From Setoptus koraiensis (taxonomy: Eukaryota; Animalia; Arthropoda), in the NCBI GenBank assembly GCA_048013815.1, contig CM106585.1:21204001-21268000 (forward strand): a DNA stretch of 64,000 nt. Reading direction: 5' to 3'. A program made the position numbers and the translations under genes. The notes beneath the pieces are model-generated. The model ran no database searches and was not told the origin of the DNA. It saw only the letters and a list, made by a program, of their open reading frames with translations. Of the stretch, positions 48,601 through 57,938 are shown in pieces (the stretch's first letter is position 1; every line of letters starts with the position of its first letter).

Positions 48601-50375
48601 GCCCCGTTAATGTGCTTGAGCCGAGCCAATGTCGAGCCAATAAATTTTTGCCATGCTCGTGCGTGTGTCAGCCAAACTGATACAAACAAGTGGTCGTGGG
48701 CGCCCCTAACGAGCTGCCCATTTTGAGTTATCTCGGCGCACACAAATTAATAGTAATATATGGCCGTCTCTGTCGGCGCTGAGCCGCCGATAAACTCCGG
48801 CCGGCGTGCCCATAACTCGTCGTATCGTCGTTATATACGGCGTTATACGGCGTTATACGGCGGCCAGCGCCACAGCGATTTACCTGGCCGGGCGGCCGCG
48901 CGGGCCGGCAGCCCGCCAGTAATGCCATCAATAACTAATGCCTCAATCCATCTTATCTGCTGGGCGCCGTTCGTTAACCTATTAATGATCAGTGTGTGCG
49001 TTAGTGTTAAATTTATTAACACCGCCGACTACTTGTTGTGCCGAGGGCGCTTATCAGCGGCCCGGCGTCACAGTGTCACCGGCGGCCGGCGCAACCAGGG
49101 CACGGCTTGTGCCACGGCGAGGCACACCTAGCAACGCCAATCTGGCAATCTGCTGCTTTATCGGGGCCCGTTTTAAAGCGCCCCCTTGGCCCGTGCGCGA
49201 ACATCACTCACGAATATCGCTCGCGAACGTCACAAGCGAATATCGCCCGCCAATATAGCTCGCGCGGATATGAGCGGTCTAGGCGCAGCAATTGCCGGCG
49301 CGCCAGCAGCCGGCCAAGATCGCTTATGGTGACAGGACAAAAAGAGTGAGGAGTCATTACGCTGATGAGTTATTATCATTTGTCGGCGCTGACGGGCGCC
49401 CGTGCCCGCGCCCGCGCCAACTGCGACACTGGGCGGCCGAACCTGGACGGAACAGTTTGGGGGCGACAGTTTGCAAGAGTTGAATGATGATTATACGCGC
49501 CGCGCCATCATTATGGCGGGCGCAGTAGCGATCGTTTGCGACCGCCATCAGCCAGTGGGCCGATCCAGCCGCCAGCGAACGAGCAATATTCAGAGAAATC
49601 TCGTATGGACAGTCAGCTGATTTATATGTGTGTAGTTTATGGTGGCGTGTGGGGTGCATGGGGCCCACGATGCACGGACCCGGTTCGGGCCCGATGCGTT
49701 TTTACATTGAAAAAATGAGCCAGAGCCGGCGTGCTGATGTGTGTGTGTGTGTGTGTGTGTGAGCGCCTTCATTAGTCATCTCTTTTTATCTCATCATTTC
49801 TTGTCATAATTACGTCATATTTGTTCTAATGATATATGGGCCAACTTCATGCAACAATCAACTGTGTATGCATGCGTGCCTCCCTCTCTGTCGCTGCTGC
49901 TGCACAACCATGCAATAGTTGCCGCCACCAGATATTGTTACCAGGCTGGGCCGCGTTGGGGCCCACTTGCAAACAGTTATATATCAGGCTGTGTGGCTGG
50001 TATTTTTAGCTGGATATGAGCCAAATGAGAGCACTTGCGCACTTGTGACCTTATCGCCGGCTCGCCGAACGCAATCGACAACAGCAACAGCCACGACAGC
50101 AACAACAACAGCAACAGCCACGACAGCAACAACAACAACAACAATGATTATACACTACTACTAATCGTCGGCACTATAACGGTCTATTCATAGCGGCTAG
50201 ATGGCTGACAGGCGTGTGTGCGTCAAAAGTCACCACCGCTGACGGCGCCGGCCCCAGGGTGGCGCTGCGAGCGCCGCCAAGTGACAGCCCCTGTCCAGTT
50301 ATAATTGTGGAGCGCGGGGCGCATGCGCGCCCACTCGCGCCCGCCCGTCTATCTAATTTATGATGGCTGCCAAAC

Positions 50376-50376
<1 letters not shown>

Positions 50377-50432
<56 letters not shown>
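50377..50432. repeat. (CA)n microsatellite
   Basis: Read directly from the sequence. Confidence 0.97.
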
Positions 50433-50434
<2 letters not shown>

Positions 50435-51534
50435 CAGCCTGAATATTATTATCGTCCACGTATCTGCTTCTCGTCTCGCCCCCTCGCGCGCGCGGGTCCC
50501 CCTGTCGCTGTCCGACTGCCGGACTGACGATTGTGAGACACAGTCGGTGGCCGGTTGCGCAAGCGGCCGCCAGAGCCACTCTGTCCTTTCCCCTTCTTCT
50601 TGCCTATCGCTCTCAACTGGCTCGCTCTCGACTGGCTCGCTCGCTGGCGATCATGATGACTCCTCCGGGGCATCGGGCCCGACACATCAATACCGTCATC
50701 ATCAATACCGTCGTCGTCAATGCAGCGGCGGCGGCAGCGCCACTGTGCGCTCGTGTGATGCAACTGACTTGCACATTGTCTGTCCACCATCAATCATCGC
50801 CTCATCGTTACCATTGGCCGCCCATCACTCTGCCAGGCCCGCACTGTTGTGCGCACACCCGCACACACACAAATATCTTTGGGCTGCGGATATTTGTCTA
50901 GGTGGCGCCCCAGCTGGAGCTGGCCGGACAAATGGCGCCCCTCTGGCCAGCGTCGGCTATCATAAATGGTGGCTCGCTGCCACCGCTGTGCTCCGCCAGC
51001 ACAGTTACTGGGGAGCAGAGCACAGTGACCAGAGCACAGTTGCCAGCACAGTGACCAGAGCACAGTTGCCAGAGCACAGAAATGACTCAAATAGTGCCGC
51101 CGCTACACTCGCTCGGCAGTGTTTGCGCTGCGCGTTGCGTCAGCTGGGCGCGGCACGCGCTCCTGCCTTCACAACGTTGTCAGCGTTAGCGGCCCGCTTG
51201 GCCGCCCGGGTGCACAGGTGCGCGACCCCTGCGCCACCGCCAAGACTGTGCCGAGAGCGGACATTGCGCCAAGCCCGTTCGTTGGGCACACGGGGCCAAC
51301 ACCGCTCTACGGTCAAGCCGGTCTTACCTGTGCCCGGCGGCACGCCCACGCGACAATCTCGCCACATCGTGCACGTTTTGCACATTTTGCACATTTTGTA
51401 CGTTTTGTACATTTTGTACATTTGGCGCGCCTCCGACGAGCCAAGCACTTGGTACGCGTGCATTTTGTATACGAGGTATATTACACGGTGTATGTGGGCG
51501 CTTGGTGGCACCAAGTTGTTGTGTTGGCGCGAGG

Positions 51535-52034
51535 NNNNNNNNNNNNNNNNNNNNNNNNNNNNNNNNNNNNNNNNNNNNNNNNNNNNNNNNNNNNNNNNNN
51601 NNNNNNNNNNNNNNNNNNNNNNNNNNNNNNNNNNNNNNNNNNNNNNNNNNNNNNNNNNNNNNNNNNNNNNNNNNNNNNNNNNNNNNNNNNNNNNNNNNNN
51701 NNNNNNNNNNNNNNNNNNNNNNNNNNNNNNNNNNNNNNNNNNNNNNNNNNNNNNNNNNNNNNNNNNNNNNNNNNNNNNNNNNNNNNNNNNNNNNNNNNNN
51801 NNNNNNNNNNNNNNNNNNNNNNNNNNNNNNNNNNNNNNNNNNNNNNNNNNNNNNNNNNNNNNNNNNNNNNNNNNNNNNNNNNNNNNNNNNNNNNNNNNNN
51901 NNNNNNNNNNNNNNNNNNNNNNNNNNNNNNNNNNNNNNNNNNNNNNNNNNNNNNNNNNNNNNNNNNNNNNNNNNNNNNNNNNNNNNNNNNNNNNNNNNNN
52001 NNNNNNNNNNNNNNNNNNNNNNNNNNNNNNNNNN
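51535..52034. other. Assembly gap (500 N)
   Basis: Run of N. It hides the end of the retrotransposon ORF and the expected PPT and 3' LTR. Confidence 0.99.
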
Positions 52035-53532
52035 ATACCACTGTTGGAAAACACTTGTGTTTGATCACCAAACCGATCAGGAATAGGCATACTGCAATAG
52101 CGACGTATGCACCTATCATCTCTATAAACCATTTGATGCCCCTGAAGACTGGCACCAGGAAGAATTCTTTCCTGGTCAGAGCCTCAGTCCTTTCTCTGTG
52201 GGCCTCTTCGTTCGCCTCCTTTTTCAATGTTTCGATCTCGTCTGCCGTGAGGCCGCTGAATTCCGTGTTCGATACTCCCAACATTAAGTTCAATTGCGTC
52301 GGGATCGAGTAGTCTACAGGTGGGGCTTTTACACTCGAGGCCTCGTGTGTAAATTCGATATAACCCTCGATGCTGAATGCTTGACTTTGGTGCAGCGAGA
52401 AAATGTTGTTGGGACATGCCCTCTTTTTGCCCTCAACCACAATGTAATGGCCTTGGCAATTCATGTGTATGGTCTGGCCCAGATGTTTCACTTGTGGCTT
52501 TGGCGCAGTCAATTCCGTCTTCTTTAGGCCTCTACAGTTGTCTTTGTAATATCTTCTGGAATCCTGATATATTCTCCGATTCATACAGCTATCGGTGAAT
52601 ACCACATCGCCCTGGACTTCGCCCACATCTAGTGCGCGGGCGCAGTTGGCTGTTTTGTTATACATCATGTACATGGGACCGGAGTAAATGTATTTGCAAA
52701 TCTGGTCGTCTTCAACTGATGTATAATGAAAAGGATCAGCCATCAGGATCTCCACATTCTCTGATGGTTTTAACATGGCAAGTTGTACCTTCACTCGATT
52801 TTCTTCCACTAGCTCGCAATTTATGATTGAAGAATGCTTGAGCGAGGCTTTCTCAGCCAGTTCGTCTAGGTTGAACAGTTGCAGGAGCTTAGCAGGTACG
52901 TTTTCTCCGGATTTCAATTTCTTACGGAGTGCTTTTAGGATGTCCTTCACTTCTTCAAACTTTATATAAGCTTGGAGTTGAGCATCTGCGATCTCTGGTT
53001 GAATGCTCTGTGTTGCCAGAAGAATGTCTATTTCCTTTTCTATGTCGGAGATTTTGCTGCTTACTCTTGAATTCAACGATGCCACTATCTTCATGGTATT
53101 CAATAATTTTTGGTCCAGTTCAATGGTCAATTGTTTCAACACCATCATATCGCGTTGACTGTGTTTGTGGTCCACTTCTTTCATAACGCGATGGGCTGTT
53201 AATACAACCGCAGACACAGCAGCAACCACTGTGCTCAGCCCCATGTCTCGCTCTACGATTTTTCTTTCTTCACACAGTTTTCTAACATTTTCCGTTATTG
53301 ATGCATTAAATCTAGTGTTACACACTCTAACCAGGTCTTTGTTTAGCTTGGGAAACGCAGTCAAATTTCCGAATAATTGCCTGCAAGGGTTGTGAAACAG
53401 CAGGTCCAATTCCAGATCCAATTGTCCCTGTATATGGCTAATTTTTGTTGGTCGCCACACTACCAGGTCATCCACCCCAAAGTCCGTTGTGGTTAAAACT
53501 TGAATGAATAGACATGTGAACAAGAGGCTGGC
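52035..53532 (-). other. Env-like type I membrane glycoprotein domain fused downstream of RNase H (~500 aa)
   Basis: Signal-like hydrophobic stretch, second apolar peptide, heptad-like region, 10 ectodomain Cys, 3 N-glycosylation sequons and a C-terminal TM segment at ~52131-52063. Confidence 0.7.
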
Positions 53533-56500
53533 CAAGCCTATCTTCCTTAGCGCAGATGCATGAGTTCGCGGCGGTAGGCCCTTGGTCATTATGTCGGCTA
53601 ATTGATGGCTTGACGGTACGTATTCCACCTCTATTTCTTTGTTCTTAACTTTCTCTTTTATGTGATGGAACTTGATGTCTATGTGTCTTGTTAGTTTAGA
53701 TGGTGCACTGTTGTTGATTAACTTTATAGTTGACTGATTGTCGATTCGCAGTAACACCGGACCAACGGTGGGTACTTCTATCTCTTGTAGGAGTGACTTG
53801 ACCCAGATCAGTTCTTTTACTGCTGCGCTCGCTGCAATATATTCGCTCTCAGTTGAGGACAACGCCACAGTTGATTGCAGTTTACTGCGGTACATAACGG
53901 GGGAGTCATTTATCAGCACCATCGTGCCACTGGTGGAGCGTCTGGTTTTGATGTCGCCCCCCCAGTCAGCATCAGAATAGCCGATAAGACTCAAAACTCC
54001 ACCCCGTTTGAACTGAAGACCGTGGTTCATCGTTCCCTTCAGATACCGCAAACAATATTTAGCCGCTTCCCAGTGTTTTGCACGAGGTGCATTGTTGTAC
54101 TTCGATAGCACGCTCACAGCATATGTAAGGTCAGGGCGGGTGAGACAGGATGCATAGTTTAAGCTGCCCACGAGTTCCCTGTATGGGACGCTTACTATCT
54201 CATCCGTGTCATCAAGCTGGCTCAGATGATCCACATCTCTGATAGGTGTGCTTGTTGTCTTAGCGTCTTTCATATTGAATGCCTCTACAATATTTTCTAT
54301 GTAGTGTTGTTGATGCAGTACAATTGATGTGTTTGTTTTGGATATTTCAAACCCGACAAACACGTCTGTCTCGATGACCTTGACATTTACAACCTTGTCA
54401 ATAGCCCTAATAAGGTCGTTTAGCGCTTTGACGTCAGTGGCTGCCGCAATCCCGTCATCTACATAGACCATTATTATTATCTTGATGCCATTGTATTTGC
54501 CAATATACAGACATGGGTCTGCATGGGTTGCAACAAAACCCAGTCTGATTAGCATCTCATCTAGTTTGGTCTTCCAACATAAGGGTGCTTGTTTAAGACC
54601 GTACAAGCTTTTGTGCAACCGTAGTACTTTTCCCTCGGGGCAAGTCACGCCTTCGGGTGGAATCATATAAATTTCCTCGTTCAGGGCTCCGTTCAAGAAA
54701 GCAGTTTGAATATCGAACTGTACAAATTTCAAGTCAAAGTGAGCAATCACTGCAAACAGAGTTCTAATTGTTTCATAGGTTACCACGGGAGAGTACGTGA
54801 ACTCATAGTCTATGCCGTACTGCTGCAGGAACCCTCGGGCTACCAACCTAGCTTTGTACCGATCGACTTGACCGTCAACTAGCTTTTTCTTGCAGAATAC
54901 CCAGCGAGCCGTCAACGGTCGTTTGCCGTTTGGAAGATCCGCTATAGTCCAGGTGCCATGTCTTTCGTGTGCAGAGAGCTCCTCGTTCACAGCTCCTTTC
55001 CACAGTTCGCGTTCATTTGTTGACATCACATCAGCATATGAACGAGGTCGCACGTAGGCACTCTTTAAATGAAAAAAGCCAGATATGCCTCCTTTTGTTT
55101 GCTTTTGGATCTTATCGTACTTCGGGGTGTCTTCAAGAGACTTTAGGAAAGTGCTGTTTGTAGGTCGATCAATTGACCGGTTGTGGTACTCGAGAAGCGT
55201 CTCGAAAGGCGGTACATGTATACTTTCTGGATCAGGTTGTGTGGTCTGAAGGTCGTTATTCGCTTCCTCTGCAGACTTGGACGTTTGACCTTGAGGTTCA
55301 AGTGGTCGGTCCTGGAAGTTTTCATCACATGATACCTCGGGACTTGCAAGTCTCGCAGGTTCGATCATAGGATTGTCTGTAGGCGCTGCATCATATATCT
55401 CAGTGCTATCAGTGTTGACAGTGGTGTCGTGTTCATTTCCATTGTCATTTTGCTGAAGGTCAATAGTTTGTTGTGGTCGTGATGGAATGTTTTCATCTTC
55501 AACAACTAGAGAGTCATATGTCTCGTCCAACAGTTTGTGGTGATTTACAAACATAACGTCACAACTTAGTCTAACTTCATTTGTAGAGGGAATGTACACC
55601 CGGTAGGTGTTGCTTCTGGAATCAAAACCGACTAGGTGAGCATTCAAGGTCTTGCTAGACCATTTCGGGTTCCTTCTGGTGGTCTCCAGTATCTGGATTT
55701 CGCGGCCAAATTCGTGGATATGGGCGATAGATGGCTTGCGGTTCGTCCAGACCTCGAATGGAGTTTGCTTTGGATCAGGGGAGCAAGAGGTCCGGTTGAG
55801 GATGAAAACTACAGTGTTGACTGCTTCGGACCACAAGGTCTTGGGCAACTCTGTCGCATTCAGGATCGTCCGTGCAAGCTGTATAACGGTCCTATTGGAC
55901 CGTTCAGCTGCACCGTTTTGTTCCGGTGTATATGGCGTGCTAGTAACGAGTTTTACATGTTCCAGAGCGAGAAGACAACGAACTTTCTCGTTTAGGAATT
56001 CGCTTCCTTGGTCGGTACACATTTCTCTGATTTTTCGTCCGGTTTCGCTTTCCGTCGATGCTATAAACTGGCCCATCTTTTCGCAGACTTCAGTCTTGGA
56101 GCTTATACAGTAGACGGCGCGGTAGTTAGAGCCCTCGTCGGTGAACAGGATGAAGTAGTTACTTCCACCCAGGCTTGTTGGATTGATCGGGCCCACCAAA
56201 TCAATATGTACTCTCTGTCCGACTTTGTTTGCTCTCTCTCGCTGTGAAGTAGGATGAGAGGATCGCAGTCCCTTGCCGGTTGGACAGGAGCTACACTTCG
56301 TATACTCGCCCTTTGGAACTAGCGATATACCATTAACAATGTTTTGCTTGGCCAGCTGTTGAATTCTTCTTATATTGATGTGAGCTAAGCTCTTATGCCA
56401 GTCCTCTATGGTGCGATTTTTCTTGATGAGAAAGGCTGTCTTTCGGATTGGACGAATATCCATCTTGACCAGTTCAACCGTTTCGTCCAGTAGGCCGTAG

Positions 56501-57672
56501 GCAACCTTGTCACCATTCATTTCAAAACTGCATTCGTGCAATTGGTCGAACACAACTCTTACTCCTTTCTTCATTGCTTGCACTATAGACAACAAGTTGC
56601 TGTCTATGCCAGGTACGTGTAGTACGTTGGTAACTTGAATTTGTTTGACGTCTCCGTTTTTTAGGCGGCTTTGAAATATAATAGTACCCATTCCAGCCAC
56701 CGGGAGGGCGGTTCCGTCACCAACCGTCACGGTCATTTCATCATCTACTTTATCATAGTGTGTAAAGTAATCTCGGTGTTTTGCAACGTGTGCTGATGCG
56801 CCCGAATCGGCCCACCAGTCGTGTTCGGAAGTATCACTGTGGATTTTAACCATGAATGATATGTTGTTCCTGGGTTCCTGGTTCCTTCTCTTATCCTGGT
56901 TTTCTGCAGGCCTTTTCAATTCATTTTTACAGTCTTTGGCCCAATGGCCTTTTTGTTGGCACCTCATGCATGTAGATTTGCTCATCATTTCAGCAAAATC
57001 TTCAGGCGATAAGCGCTTCTTCTGCTGCTTGTTGTGTTTCTGCGGTTTGCCACTGGTCTGTTGAGCGATCAGTGCCTGGTTCTTCGGGTTCGATTCTGAG
57101 TGTTGCATTTGATTTTCTTCCTGAAACAACATTTCAATGAGCTTTCTATAATCTTTCTCCACTGTCTGATTCCAGACTCTTCTAAAGTTTGCATATCTGC
57201 GGTTTAAACCACCTAGCAGTATGGCTCGCTTGAGTTTCTCGTTGAGCGGTTCACCCAGCGTAGCCATCCTATCGACGTTTTCTTCGTATTGGGCGATATA
57301 ATTACTAATACTTTCGGACTCACCCTGCTTAGTCGTTGCCCATTTTATAATACACGTTTCCAAGTGAGCGTCACCATCTTGTTCGTACTCAAGACGGAGT
57401 CGATTCCAGATATCGCGGGCACTAGTACATGTCAATATCTTGCTAACTATGTGTGGCTCCAAAGAGCTGGTTAGAAGATCTCCAGCTTCTTCTTCTTTGT
57501 CGATGATTTGTTGTGGGTCAAGGTCGGTGCTATCTTCATACACTACTGCTTGAAGTTTTCTGTAGGTCAATTTCTTCTTTATCGAATACTTCCATACTGG
57601 ATAGTTCTTTCCATTCAGTTTTAGTATGGAGGTGGTGCTTTTGCTTGAGGTGCTAGGTATGGCGACTTCCAT
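52035..57672 (-). CDS. Copia Gag-Pol-(Env-like) polyprotein, at least 1879 aa, no stop before the gap
   Basis: LNGKNYPVWK (gag). Zn knuckle CMRCQQKGHWAKDC at 56970-56929. Protease WWADSGAS at 56817-56794. WHKSLAH...C..C pre-integrase. Integrase VHIDLVGP at 56211-56188, TDQGSEF and PEQNGAAER. RT YVDD at 54465-54454. RNase H YSDADW at 53979-53962, ESEYIA, IDNQS and QLADIMTK. Confidence 0.96.
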
Positions 57673-57717
57673 ACTAGGTAGTTCTTTTTGGGGTTCGACG
57701 TTCGATAGCTTCAGCCT

Positions 57718-57732
57718 GTTTGGCTGTTAACC
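57718..57732 (-). promoter_or_regulatory. Primer-binding site GGTTAACAGCCAAAC, complementary to the tRNA-Asn(GUU) anticodon arm
   Basis: Directly abuts the LTR end (TTCAACA|GGTT). The plus strand reads GTTTGGCTGTTAACC versus GTTCGGCTGTTAACC in metazoan tRNA-Asn as recalled. Confidence 0.78.
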
Positions 57733-57938
57733 TGTTGAAGCTATTTTAACGTTTTTGTTGTATTTTATTATAGTATATTGTAGTATATTGTAGTATATGA
57801 AAAGTAAAGTGTAAGTAAAAATTAAGCTGCACAGAGCTTTTATATCGGTGGTCCACCCTGGACAATCCAGAGTGCACCATAAAGTAGGACAGCAATTTTT
57901 CCATAGGAGGCGGGCGTGCGCCGGTTGCTACTCCAACA
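57733..57938 (-). repeat. 5' LTR, 206 bp
   Basis: Minus strand starts TGTTGGAG and ends CTTCAACA (7/8 inverted termini). TATAAAAG at 57844-57837, AATAAA at 57769-57764, and three tandem TAGTATATTG-like units. Confidence 0.88.

Larger units (their letters stand above)
52035..57938 (-). mobile_element. Ty1/copia LTR retrotransposon with an env-like extension; 3' end lost in the gap
   Basis: 5' LTR, PBS and a single ORF with the copia domain order gag-PR-IN-RT-RNaseH. Confidence 0.96.

Noticed and set aside
51520-51534. TGTTGG just left of the gap as the 3' LTR terminus
   Set aside because: It continues CGCGAGG rather than the expected TGTTGAAGCT and lacks the predicted GGGTG target duplication.
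30000-51534. ORFs of 60-220 aa in the central non-coding zone, including the PYIA-repeat ORF 42184..42489
   Set aside because: Overlapping R/A/P/C-rich ORFs in all frames are expected from GC-rich low-complexity DNA. No homeobox, bHLH, zinc-finger or other motif was recognised.
50547-52312. Long track ORFs 50547..52064, 51119..52312, 51140..52132 and 51502..52086, and the last ~184 residues of the 2063-aa ORF
   Set aside because: They are long only because they read through 500 N. The sequence left of the gap is not element-like.
52184-57474. Short antisense and alternate-frame ORFs inside the copia element
   Set aside because: Shadows of the long minus-strand ORF.
57680-57732. A tRNA gene suggested by the tRNA-Asn-like 15-mer and a nearby GGTTCGA
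   Set aside because: No cloverleaf or acceptor stem, and the elements are in the wrong order. The match is best explained as a PBS.
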